Virus record (IMG/VR): IMGVR_UViG_3300035698_035310
Coordinates: 295,045-359,044 of that record
Strand: one strand, 5' to 3'
DNA length: 64,000 bases
The translations under genes and the position numbers were made by a program. This document shows positions 48,487-58,128 of the stretch, piece by piece. Every line of letters starts with the position of its first letter. Position 1 is the stretch's first letter. The notes beneath the pieces are model-generated. The model saw nothing but the letters and a program-made list of their open reading frames with translations, was not told the DNA's origin and ran no database searches.

Positions 48487-48933
48487 ATGCTATTAGAAAT
48501 AGAACTCGTTCCACAAACATCACATTTTAAAAATCTTCGTTCAGAATTAAAATCATCTGAATGGGATTTGCTACGCAAAGATTCATACAAACAAGCAAAT
48601 CATTGCTGCGAGATATGTGGCGGCAAAGGTCGTAAATGGCCTGTTGAATGTCATGAAATATGGAATTATCAAAATGGCACACAAACATTATTAGGATTGA
48701 TATCATTATGTCCATCTTGCCACGAAGTGAAACATTTTGGCTTGGCGCAAATAAAGGGCCGCGATGGCATAGCAATGAAACATTTGATGAAAGTAAATGA
48801 ATGGTCTATTCGCCAAGCAAGTGCTCATATACAAGAAGCATTTACGATATGGGATAAACGTTCTAAGCAACCATGGACACTTGATATATCATGGGCACTT
48901 GAAAAACTGGAGGCACTCAAAATAGGAAAATAA
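48487..48933 (+). CDS. HNH-like nuclease family protein
   Basis: ELVP..S...NLR, CEICG, ECHE.W and LC..CHEVKH. Confidence 0.7.
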   Translation: MLLEIELVPQTSHFKNLRSELKSSEWDLLRKDSYKQANHCCEICGGKGRKWPVECHEIWNYQNGTQTLLGLISLCPSCHEVKHFGLAQIKGRDGIAMKHLMKVNEWSIRQASAHIQEAFTIWDKRSKQPWTLDISWALEKLEALKIGK

Positions 48934-49022
48934 CATGCATCAATTTACAAAACAAACCCAAATAATTTTCAACCCATGATATCATTTTTAACAAGATGTT
49001 ATTCAACAAACAGAGAAGAAAC

Positions 49023-49886
49023 ATGAAAAAATATTTAGAAGCATTACAAGACATAATGGATAACGGCGTAGACCGAAATGACCGCACAGGCGTTGGCACA
49101 CGTTCAGTATTTACACAACAGTTACGATTTAACCTAAATGATGGATTTCCCGCTGTAACAACCAAAAAACTGGCTTGGAAGGGCGTTGTGTCAGAATTGC
49201 TATGGATGATAGAAGGTTCTGGTGATGAACGTAGATTAGCGGAGATACGTTATGGTAAAGACCGTTCAGAACTTGATGGTAAAACTACTATTTGGACTGC
49301 GAATGCACAAGCAGATTATTGGAAAGATAAAGCAAAGTATGATGGTGATTTGGGCAGAGTGTACGGAGTGCAATGGAGAAATTGGAAATCGCCACAATTT
49401 GATTCAGTTGAAACGACAGACCAGCTAGCTGATGTCATTCAACGTATAAAAGATAAGCCATGGGATAGACGACATGTTATAACAGCATGGAATCCTGGTG
49501 AAACCGACCAAATGGCATTACCGCCATGTCATATGATATTTCAATTTTATGTAGCAGATGGTAAACTTTCATGCCATATGTTCCAGAGAAGTTGTGACAT
49601 GCTGCTCGGAATCCCATTTAATATCGCATCCTATGCCCTTTTAACACATTTAGTGGCACAAGTATGTGATCTCGGCGTGGGTGAAGTTGTGTTAACATTA
49701 GGCGATGCGCATATTTATAATAATCATTTCGACCAAGTCAAAGAACAACTTAGTAGAACACCAGGACATTTACCTTCGTTGGTGTTGAACGAAACAATTA
49801 AAAACATCGACGATTTTACAATGGAAGATATACATTTAGAAAATTACAATCCACAAGAAGCAATAAAAGCACCTATGGCTGTTTAG
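49023..49886 (+). CDS. thyA: Thymidylate synthase
   Basis: DRTGVGT, TTKK, GRVYG.QWR, MALPPCH, QRSCD..LG.PFN, GDAHIY and terminal APMAV. Confidence 0.97.
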   Translation: MKKYLEALQDIMDNGVDRNDRTGVGTRSVFTQQLRFNLNDGFPAVTTKKLAWKGVVSELLWMIEGSGDERRLAEIRYGKDRSELDGKTTIWTANAQADYWKDKAKYDGDLGRVYGVQWRNWKSPQFDSVETTDQLADVIQRIKDKPWDRRHVITAWNPGETDQMALPPCHMIFQFYVADGKLSCHMFQRSCDMLLGIPFNIASYALLTHLVAQVCDLGVGEVVLTLGDAHIYNNHFDQVKEQLSRTPGHLPSLVLNETIKNIDDFTMEDIHLENYNPQEAIKAPMAV

Positions 49887-50757
49887 GTTCAAACCAAAAA
49901 CCAAGGTCGCGATATGATTTACCTATATTATCACGACCTTGGTTTTCTTTCAAATAGCGAGATTTACTCGTTGCTTGTTTTACTATAATATTATCACAAT
50001 TCAAACACCACCTATGAATAGTAGCAGATAACATATATTCATGTGCTTGTTGTGCTTGGCTTGATGAAGGAAAAACACCCCAAGGTGTATAATAATATCC
50101 CATAAATCTATAAGAATTTTCACCAGTTACTTTTTCAATAGATTCTTTTGATTTGATAACACCAGTGCTTAATGCTCGCAATTTATGCAATGTTTTTTTT
50201 GTATGTTTCTTGCCATAAAATGGATTATTTTTACCTGTTCTATCGCGACATTCGCCACATACATTACTACAAGTCTGTATGCTGTTTTTATTGCAAGATG
50301 GGCATATTTTATAACTAATACCACCATCACGCCAGTTGGGATTATTTTTCCCATATCTCGCCCATCGTTCTTGTTTTTCTTCATCAGACATTGCATCCAA
50401 TATTTTTTGTTGCGCAACAACTCTGCGTTTAATAATATTTTCTCTATCAGGATGATTAGTTAGATTATCACCACCACCGGCTGCTCCAATATTATATCCA
50501 CCAATATTTTCATCTATATATTTTTGTTCGATTTCAAATAACATTTCTTCATCACATTCTTCAATATATTCAAATATGAATACATTAGAACCATTTTTAT
50601 TCCATGACCGCTGTAAATATATATTATGATGATTATTATTTTTCAAACGATTTTTATGACTAACCCAACGCTTATAAATATTGACAGATGACCCATAATA
50701 AGCTTTACCATTGACGTTATTTCTGATACGATAAATACCACAGTTAAAAGATTTCAT
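49873..50757 (-). mobile_element. Free-standing GIY-YIG homing endonuclease with NUMOD3-like motifs
   Basis: GIYRIRN..NGKAYYGSS, EQKYID..GYNI and NPFYGKKHT; overlaps the thyA 3' end in antisense. Confidence 0.9.
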
Positions 50758-50771
50758 GCTGTAACTCCCTT

Positions 50772-50824
50772 ATAGTTATAGATTAGGTGGGGATTGCCGT
50801 CCCGCGACCTATATAACTATTTAT
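50772..50824. promoter_or_regulatory. Long hairpin between a late-promoter-like ATAAATA (minus strand) and the endonuclease RBS
   Basis: Nested stems ATAGTTATA/TATAACTAT, TAGGT/ACCTA and GGGAT/GTCCC. Confidence 0.55.
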
Positions 50825-50909
50825 CAGATTGGGCTGACTTTTAACATCGCTATATTGACAATATATGATCGATGCTGTAAACTTAACTATAAAAAAATGA
50901 GACTAAACT

Positions 50910-51623
50910 ATGACAAATACTACAAAGTTATTAATGATACATGTATTAGCGCACATAATGCTAATACCAATGTTTTTATATGGCGAAATGTGGATGTTTA
51001 TTGCGGCGTTTTTTTGGTGGCAGTTTATAGCAGCATCCTCTATTACTTCTGGATATCATAGATATTTTTCACATAAAAATTTTAAAACTGGAAAATGGTA
51101 TGAGTGGTATAGTCAGTATTTGGGTATATTTTCTAATGCTGGACCTGTTCTTACATGGGCATCGGTTCATAGAATGCATCATGCCAATAGCGACAATGAA
51201 CTCGACCCACATAGCCCAAAACATAAAGGATTTTGGTATGCATTTTTTAATTTGTGGGGATATGATGTTCATATACCAAGAAAATATCTAAAAGGTTTGA
51301 TACAAAACAAAAGTGTCAGAGTTTTTCACAAATATTATTTTTTAATCGTCGCAGCAACTATTATGATGTTGGGTATAATTAATTTTAATTTGTTATTATT
51401 TGGTTTTTTCTTTCCTGTTATATGTGGATTTTGGGGTTTTGGTATGGTTAATGCGTACACACATAGAAAAGGTTATGCTACAAATAGTGCACTTGCTAAT
51501 ATATTAACTGCTGGTGAAGGATGGCATTTAAACCACCACAACGATGGTAGCAATTGGCGTATCGGAAAGAAATGGTGGGAAATAGATACAGGAGCATGGT
51601 TTATATGGGCAATAAAGTATTAA
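50910..51623 (+). CDS. Membrane fatty acid desaturase (delta-9 type)
   Basis: His boxes HRYFSH, HRMHH..SD..DPHSP and GEGWHLNHH; transmembrane segments. Confidence 0.9.
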   Translation: MTNTTKLLMIHVLAHIMLIPMFLYGEMWMFIAAFFWWQFIAASSITSGYHRYFSHKNFKTGKWYEWYSQYLGIFSNAGPVLTWASVHRMHHANSDNELDPHSPKHKGFWYAFFNLWGYDVHIPRKYLKGLIQNKSVRVFHKYYFLIVAATIMMLGIINFNLLLFGFFFPVICGFWGFGMVNAYTHRKGYATNSALANILTAGEGWHLNHHNDGSNWRIGKKWWEIDTGAWFIWAIKY

Positions 51624-53491
51624 TATCAGTCCCGCCGTTATTGCATAAGTCTGTATATTTGCCATACATATGGGGCAGACTTAAAACATATGCTGATTGT
51701 GATTATGAAAATGATTTATCCGATATAGATTGGCTCGATCCATTATTTTTACACGAAACACCGGACCAATTACCAGAATGCGACATTCTTGGTTTAAGTT
51801 GTTATGTATGGAACTGGGATAAAAATTTAGAAATAGCAAAAACAATTAAAGAAAATAATCCAAATTGTTTTATAATCGCCAGTGGTCCACATGTTCCATA
51901 TAAAAATTCAAATTTCTTTGAAGAATTTCCTCAAATAGATGCAATATGCTACAGCGAAGGCGAACGAGTATTTTCAGAATTTTTATATAATTACACAAAC
52001 GATATAGATTACGACATAGATGGTTTGTTATTAAAAACTAATCCTACCAAATCATTACCTAATGTTCCAAAATTGTCATTAGATGATTTAACTTCGCCAT
52101 GGATTCATTGCGATGAATCATTCAGAAGATTTGATGCAGAATTAAGAATATTGGATAAGCGCGTCAATATCATCATTGAAACAAATCGTGGGTGTCCATA
52201 CAAGTGTGCGTTTTGTGATTGGGGATCAGCCACAAATTCTAAAATTAAAAAATTCAACAAACGCAACATATTCGACGAAATTGATTTATTATGCAAATAT
52301 GACCCAGAAATAGTGTTTATAGCAGATGCAAATTTTGGTATATTGGAAGTTGATTTAGAATATATAAAACGATTTGTTGAAAATAAAACCCGTTTCGATA
52401 TGAGACGCATGCAAGTCAATGTATGTATCGCAAAAAACAAAAAAGATATAGCCAATGAATGTTTGAAATTACTGTATGAAAATGAAATGCTGGTTAATGC
52501 ACAAATTTCATTTCAACACACAGACGACGAAGTATTGGATATAATGGATAGAAGTAACATAAAAGTGTTAAGTTCAATCGAAGAAGTCAAAGAAAATTAT
52601 AAAAATGGCATACCGAGTGCAGGAGTATTGATATTAGGAAATCCTGGTGATACTATGGTTAAACTGAAAAAAGCATTCAATGATTTATTGTGTTTAGGAT
52701 TTCATGATGAAATCAGATTGCACGATTTTATGTTACTGCCAAATGCACCTGCTAGCGATCCGGCATATATTGAAAAATGGAAAATTGGATATATTGAAAA
52801 AATGTATCAAGAAACGCCAGACAGAACGCCGTTTAAAACTAAATTTTTATGCGAATCTTTTAGTTACACAAAAAAAGATTACATAGAAATGCAATTATAT
52901 AGTTCATTTATTCAAAGCATGCATAATTTATCGATATTCAAATTCGTTGCAATGTTCGCGCATCATTCACACAACGTCGATTATAATACATTTTATGATC
53001 AAGTAATTAAAATACCTGCAATACGAAAAATATTGGATGTAGTCGAAGATGACTTGAATGAATATATGTATGGCGATAAACAGACTAAATTTATAACATA
53101 TAACAACAGATCATTTTCGTATGAAAATTATATTTTCTTGAAAGCATTGGAAAATATTGATGAAATATATGACAGTTTCGAGTTATATGGTTCCGATATT
53201 ATAAAATTTCAAAAAGAAATATTAGTTAACGGATTACCAAAAAATGATTTCGAATTGGATTTCGATTATAAAGAATATTTCACCAAAATATATAATCTTC
53301 CAGTAAATGAACGTGGAAATTTTTTTCCTATAAAAAGGAAAACAAAATATAAATTCAAACATTATAATGTAGGACCATATGAAAATATAAACACAAAAGG
53401 GTTCACCATAAAAGATGTGATTAACAAAATTTTAAATAAAACACCAAATTATAGACACAAAATAACATATTATGAGAATATTATAAAATGA
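51605..53491 (+). CDS. B12-binding-domain radical SAM enzyme
   Basis: LGLSCYVWN, SGPH, EGE, ETNRGCPYKCAFCDW and DANFG; start approximate (ATG 51596 or 51605). Confidence 0.85.
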   Translation: MGNKVLISVPPLLHKSVYLPYIWGRLKTYADCDYENDLSDIDWLDPLFLHETPDQLPECDILGLSCYVWNWDKNLEIAKTIKENNPNCFIIASGPHVPYKNSNFFEEFPQIDAICYSEGERVFSEFLYNYTNDIDYDIDGLLLKTNPTKSLPNVPKLSLDDLTSPWIHCDESFRRFDAELRILDKRVNIIIETNRGCPYKCAFCDWGSATNSKIKKFNKRNIFDEIDLLCKYDPEIVFIADANFGILEVDLEYIKRFVENKTRFDMRRMQVNVCIAKNKKDIANECLKLLYENEMLVNAQISFQHTDDEVLDIMDRSNIKVLSSIEEVKENYKNGIPSAGVLILGNPGDTMVKLKKAFNDLLCLGFHDEIRLHDFMLLPNAPASDPAYIEKWKIGYIEKMYQETPDRTPFKTKFLCESFSYTKKDYIEMQLYSSFIQSMHNLSIFKFVAMFAHHSHNVDYNTFYDQVIKIPAIRKILDVVEDDLNEYMYGDKQTKFITYNNRSFSYENYIFLKALENIDEIYDSFELYGSDIIKFQKEILVNGLPKNDFELDFDYKEYFTKIYNLPVNERGNFFPIKRKTKYKFKHYNVGPYENINTKGFTIKDVINKILNKTPNYRHKITYYENIIK

Positions 53492-54126
53492 CATACCCAA
53501 CAAACATCGATATTGTAAATCTAAATGAATTCGGTGTTGATAAGTTTAAAAATATATTATTACAATTATCAACCGAATGCGCCGACAAAAATAGAGATTG
53601 GTTTGATCCAGATAATAATTGGAGTTTGATACATCAATTCGCTAAATATGATTGGTGTTTTGCATTACACGACGATCAATTAGTGGCGTTTTCTGCTATA
53701 CAAAAATATAATTTCGGTGTAAGAGTTTTAACCAGAACATTTTACATGCCGGTTTTTAGAAAATCCAGCTTGAAAGTTAATATGAAATACACAATGGATG
53801 AAATCACTCCAGCGATGAAAATGTTACAATATCAACTTAATTCATTAAAAAATAGCGATGTTTCTTTAGCATTTATCAGCATGGAATATCCAGAAAGACG
53901 GACGGCACTTGAGACATTTCGTGATAAGTTAAATCATCATTATGATAACAATTGGACTATTCCTGAAAATATGTATTTAACATGTCCCGATCCTGAAAGT
54001 TTTTCGTGTTGGCAGAACATATGCTATACCGAATTAAAACCAAATTCATTTTTTAATGATTGGGGTAACATAACAGTAGACGAATGGAGGAATAGATATG
54101 GAAACGCACGAAAGACACTTGACTGA
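53488..54126 (+). CDS. Hypothetical protein (possibly GNAT-like)
   Basis: LVAFSAI...VRVLTRTFY.P.FR pattern; weak. Confidence 0.45.
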   Translation: MTYPTNIDIVNLNEFGVDKFKNILLQLSTECADKNRDWFDPDNNWSLIHQFAKYDWCFALHDDQLVAFSAIQKYNFGVRVLTRTFYMPVFRKSSLKVNMKYTMDEITPAMKMLQYQLNSLKNSDVSLAFISMEYPERRTALETFRDKLNHHYDNNWTIPENMYLTCPDPESFSCWQNICYTELKPNSFFNDWGNITVDEWRNRYGNARKTLD

Positions 54127-54754
54127 TTCTGATGTAATACGTGAACGCGTTAAAGGTGATAATGGGCCACGAAGACATGAAGTGGTCACATTTGAAAAAC
54201 TATCAGAAGTTCCCAGAGACGTGATCGATGAAATACATCAAGTATTGAGCAATTATCGAAAAAACGATTTGGTTTCAGATAGGCATCCAATAAGTGTTAA
54301 TTGCAAAATAGCACAAGAATTTAAAAAAGAAAACGGATATAAACAAATATTACTACAAGGACATTTAGGTGATGAAGGAATAGAAGAAAGCCAGTATACT
54401 GAATGGTTTGACATGGGAACTGATAATATACAAAAATATTTAACTGCTACATTTGGAAAGGTGTTTAGAGCAAGAATAAGTGTGTGTCCTGCCGGTGAAG
54501 AACTAAATTGGCATATAGATACAGATACGTCTAAAATGTGTCGAATACAAATATGTGTGCAAGACAAAGAATCTTATTTTGAGTTCAAAGTGCGTGGCGT
54601 GGAATCATCCAATCGCATGGAAGAGAACAACTTGTACTTCATAAATACTGGATGGACACATCGTGTAAGAAATGTATCTGATATAGATCGAATTGTTCTA
54701 TTAGCAGGCGTGTATTTTGATGACGTTCCAAATAATGAAAAATTGAGAGTTTAG
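54098..54754 (+). CDS. Aspartyl/asparaginyl beta-hydroxylase-like 2OG-Fe(II) oxygenase
   Basis: R.R....WHID...YFINTGWTHRV.N....R. Confidence 0.75.
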   Translation: METHERHLTDSDVIRERVKGDNGPRRHEVVTFEKLSEVPRDVIDEIHQVLSNYRKNDLVSDRHPISVNCKIAQEFKKENGYKQILLQGHLGDEGIEESQYTEWFDMGTDNIQKYLTATFGKVFRARISVCPAGEELNWHIDTDTSKMCRIQICVQDKESYFEFKVRGVESSNRMEENNLYFINTGWTHRVRNVSDIDRIVLLAGVYFDDVPNNEKLRV

Positions 54755-54755
54755 T

Positions 54756-55454
54756 ATGCACGACTTTATGCCAATAGACGTTGCCTTAAATTACGAAAAA
54801 CATCACATGGTCGATTTTTTTAATAAACGATGTGTGCGCGGCTCTATATGGTGGGATATGGTTATAGTTCGATCAGTAGAAAAAATGAGTGATACCGAAT
54901 CGGTTAAAGTAAAATGGAATGAATCATATAAGTGGATTTGGGATGAAGAATTTGAAAACAAATTTCCATCATTGATAGATGATTTATATAATAAATTACC
55001 TTTTAGATTTATAAGCAGTGTGCTATTGCTTAGAAATTTCGACGTTGTTCATCCACATTGTGATATTTCCATCAATGAAAAAGAAAATGACAATATTCGT
55101 TTGGCTAAAAACGACCTTGGTAGCATGGAATCAAGCATGTATAGAATTGTAATAGATGGTTCTATAAATAATTCATTTTTTTTAAGTGATAAATTGGTAG
55201 GTGATGATACGGGACGCAAATGGGTTGGCATGGATGATATAACCCCCGGTGTCGATTATAACGTCAAATTTGTTAGTATGCCACCAGACACCAATATATT
55301 CGCCCTAACGGCGTTTAATGCTACACACGGATCAGTAATTCCAGATTCACCAAAAATAATTATGGCAGTGCATGGATTTTTAGATGAAGCACGACATTCA
55401 TCCCTATTAACACAAAGTTATGACAAATATAAATCATATGGAATAACTTATTAA
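54756..55454 (+). CDS. Probable 2OG-Fe(II)/cupin-fold oxygenase
   Basis: PHCD...THG...K facial-triad-like pattern. Confidence 0.5.
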   Translation: MHDFMPIDVALNYEKHHMVDFFNKRCVRGSIWWDMVIVRSVEKMSDTESVKVKWNESYKWIWDEEFENKFPSLIDDLYNKLPFRFISSVLLLRNFDVVHPHCDISINEKENDNIRLAKNDLGSMESSMYRIVIDGSINNSFFLSDKLVGDDTGRKWVGMDDITPGVDYNVKFVSMPPDTNIFALTAFNATHGSVIPDSPKIIMAVHGFLDEARHSSLLTQSYDKYKSYGITY

Positions 55455-56290
55455 TGTATACACTTTTTAGCACACCAAGAACAGGAAGCATTTTAGCATC
55501 TGGATTGTTATGGTTATATTTACGGAACAAATACAAATATAATTCATATATAATAGAAATGTTTAATCAAAATCATTATAATGTGTGGCACGATGATAAT
55601 ATTAAAGATGGGATATTATTAAGTAGGCATAATCATTCAATCAAAGTGAAAAATTCATATAAATTAAAATTTAAATTATCACATGGTACAATAATTCAAT
55701 ACAAAGATTATGACGATATTCGATATTTAGACGAATCTGAAATAATTGAAGAAGATTTATACCGTCTCGATATACTTAAGCAAGCCAGCAAAAATAATGA
55801 TTATTTTCTTAATAATCATGCGACGCCGTTGGGTGAAAATGTTTTTAAATATTTAACCACATTAGATGTTATATGTATAGAGCGCAAAGATAAATTTGAA
55901 CAAATTATGAGTAATTGTATAGCGCATCACACCAAACAATATTGGTGTAAAGATAACTCGTCTATTATAATACACGAAAAAGATAGCATTCAAGTTGACG
56001 AGAAATTCTTTAAAAATACATTAAAGAGATATGAAACTTACACACATCGAAAAAAAATGTTAATCGACCCTATAACGATATATTATGAAGATATAAATGA
56101 TATGAAATCATATTTAGAGTTTGGTGAATTAGTTGGATTTAAAGACTATGATAAATATGTAACCATCGACGAAATTGATGATATTGTGGGTGTTAAACAA
56201 AATCCCGATGATAAATTGAAGTATTTTAAAAATAAAAATCAAATGATAAGTTGGTTCGAGGAGTGGAATGAGCACATTACTGTTACCTGA
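55454..56290 (+). CDS. Sulfotransferase-like protein
   Basis: TPRTGS (5'-PSB), ERKDKFEQ..S (3'-PB) and IYYED. Confidence 0.65.
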   Translation: MYTLFSTPRTGSILASGLLWLYLRNKYKYNSYIIEMFNQNHYNVWHDDNIKDGILLSRHNHSIKVKNSYKLKFKLSHGTIIQYKDYDDIRYLDESEIIEEDLYRLDILKQASKNNDYFLNNHATPLGENVFKYLTTLDVICIERKDKFEQIMSNCIAHHTKQYWCKDNSSIIIHEKDSIQVDEKFFKNTLKRYETYTHRKKMLIDPITIYYEDINDMKSYLEFGELVGFKDYDKYVTIDEIDDIVGVKQNPDDKLKYFKNKNQMISWFEEWNEHITVT

Positions 56291-56810
56291 AATTAAATAC
56301 AATAAACGCGAACTGAAAGAATTTGTAATGCATTGTGTTAAAAATAATAAACCAATAACAAATGTAGATGATTCTTATATCGTATATGACTCAGATTTTA
56401 ATGCTACAGCATATACTGCCATTAGAAATCAAATTTCATTAAAAGGTCATATCAATTTTAAAATTGTTTATCTCAAAAAAGGTATTAATTTTTTACCTCA
56501 TATCGACAACACATCAAACGGATTGACGTGTAAAATAATATTTCCTATAACTGGTGATTTTGAAGTTTCACCAATAGATATATATAATCCCACTAAAAAA
56601 AATAAATCAGGGAAAGCGATCTCTGAAACCGATGCTGGTGAGAAAATAGGAAGTATAGTATATCGTTGTCCTATTTTATTAGACACAACCATTGTTCATG
56701 GTGTTGATAATAGTTCTGGTGGCGATAGAATAGTATTGAGTATGTGTTTTCATAATACAAGTTTTAATGATTTAGCAAAAATGCATTATTCAAACAATTT
56801 GATTGTTTAA
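56268..56810 (+). CDS. 2OG-Fe(II) oxygenase-like protein
   Basis: PHID...LLDTT..HGVDN....R..LS. Confidence 0.65.
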   Translation: MSTLLLPEIKYNKRELKEFVMHCVKNNKPITNVDDSYIVYDSDFNATAYTAIRNQISLKGHINFKIVYLKKGINFLPHIDNTSNGLTCKIIFPITGDFEVSPIDIYNPTKKNKSGKAISETDAGEKIGSIVYRCPILLDTTIVHGVDNSSGGDRIVLSMCFHNTSFNDLAKMHYSNNLIV

Positions 56811-57481
56811 TATTCACCAAACGCCCAATATTTCTCTCTACACCACCAACATTTTTTACACGTTTCTGTAAAATTATTTGTTACATCAGAATGACCTTCA
56901 CATGATCTCGTTATTGGAAATAGATCATACATGAGATCATATTCATCATATAAATATGCTATAAATTTTTTATCTACATTTCTAAATGGAAAATATATAG
57001 GAGTTATATCATTCCATATATACCAATTGTTATGCTTATGTTCACCGACATCGCGTATAAGTTCTCTACCTTTTTTTAATTCTTCTGGTATATCTACTGG
57101 ATTTGCACTTAATCCAGTGATAACCATATCTATCATATCACTATCTAATAATTTCTTTTCAAAATTTCTAAGATACTCTAATTTTTGTGTTTCATGAAAA
57201 TATGAAATATGATGTGATATAATATTATTAGGTATCAATTTTTTTATTTTATCAACAACGTCAACTGAACGAAAATATGTCCATCTTCCCTTAAGATCAT
57301 TTACGCATGTAAGAATAACCAATTCAATATCTCGATTGTTTTCAACTATATATTTGGTCAAAATATATAATAAAATCGAACTATCTGCACCACCACTCAA
57401 ATTTACTGCTATTTTTTTATATTTTTCAGGTATGTTGAAATTTATTTCTTGATTGTCGTGTTTTAATATTAATTCTTTCAT
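56807..57481 (-). CDS. QueC-like PP-loop ATPase
   Basis: LSGGADS, PF...K, TRSC and CKKCWWCREK. Confidence 0.7.
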   Translation of the reverse strand: MKELILKHDNQEINFNIPEKYKKIAVNLSGGADSSILLYILTKYIVENNRDIELVILTCVNDLKGRWTYFRSVDVVDKIKKLIPNNIISHHISYFHETQKLEYLRNFEKKLLDSDMIDMVITGLSANPVDIPEELKKGRELIRDVGEHKHNNWYIWNDITPIYFPFRNVDKKFIAYLYDEYDLMYDLFPITRSCEGHSDVTNNFTETCKKCWWCREKYWAFGEY

Positions 57482-58027
57482 TTACAATATAGTTCCAACT
57501 ATATGTACGCGCTCGACGTCTACGCTACCATTAAATACCGTATGTGGTAATGTTGTATCAACTATAAAAGAATTTCCATCGGAGGGGAGGTGAAATGCAC
57601 GATCTTCTACAACCATTTTACAGTTTTCATCTGTAATAATGGGAAGATGTATTCGTTTATGTGAATCAGCGTGCCACGATAAACATTTTTTTCTATTTAA
57701 TTTCATCAATCTAACCCTTCCCAATGTCAATCCATAGTCATTTATCCAGCAATTGTATATATTATAAAAATATGAATTATGTAAATTTATATTAAATTCA
57801 CTATAGTCGCTTTCTTTATATACGACAGTTTTGGATATTTTTATACCATTTTCAAAATCACCTTCGTAGAATAACGACCCAGTTCCTTCATAATATGGAT
57901 TTGTACATCCTATTTTATTTGTTAAACATATTTGATTGCGAGTATGGAATGGTGCATTCAATAATAAATTGTTTAATGATTTGTTAATTTCAACCATATC
58001 AAAATTTGTTGGTAGTATATCATACAT
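57482..58027 (-). CDS. Aspartyl/asparaginyl beta-hydroxylase-like oxygenase
   Basis: GRVRLM...SWHAD...RIHLPIIT...DTTLPHT.FN....R.H. Confidence 0.75.
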   Translation of the reverse strand: MYDILPTNFDMVEINKSLNNLLLNAPFHTRNQICLTNKIGCTNPYYEGTGSLFYEGDFENGIKISKTVVYKESDYSEFNINLHNSYFYNIYNCWINDYGLTLGRVRLMKLNRKKCLSWHADSHKRIHLPIITDENCKMVVEDRAFHLPSDGNSFIVDTTLPHTVFNGSVDVERVHIVGTIL

Positions 58028-58128
58028 TTATAGTTGTCCTATACATATAAAAAGAGTTGACATTATTACTATTCGTGATATTATATCACAATACAACAAT
58101 ATTTATCAATATTTAAAAGGATTTTAAC

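Noticed and set aside
18239-50757. Group I introns or inteins around the endonucleases
   Set aside because: The flanking ATPase, clpP and thyA frames are complete and uninterrupted, and the nucleases are antisense and outside them.
56807-57481. 7-deazaguanine DNA modification system
   Set aside because: Only a QueC-like PP-loop protein is present; no folE, queD or dpdA is recognisable in the window.
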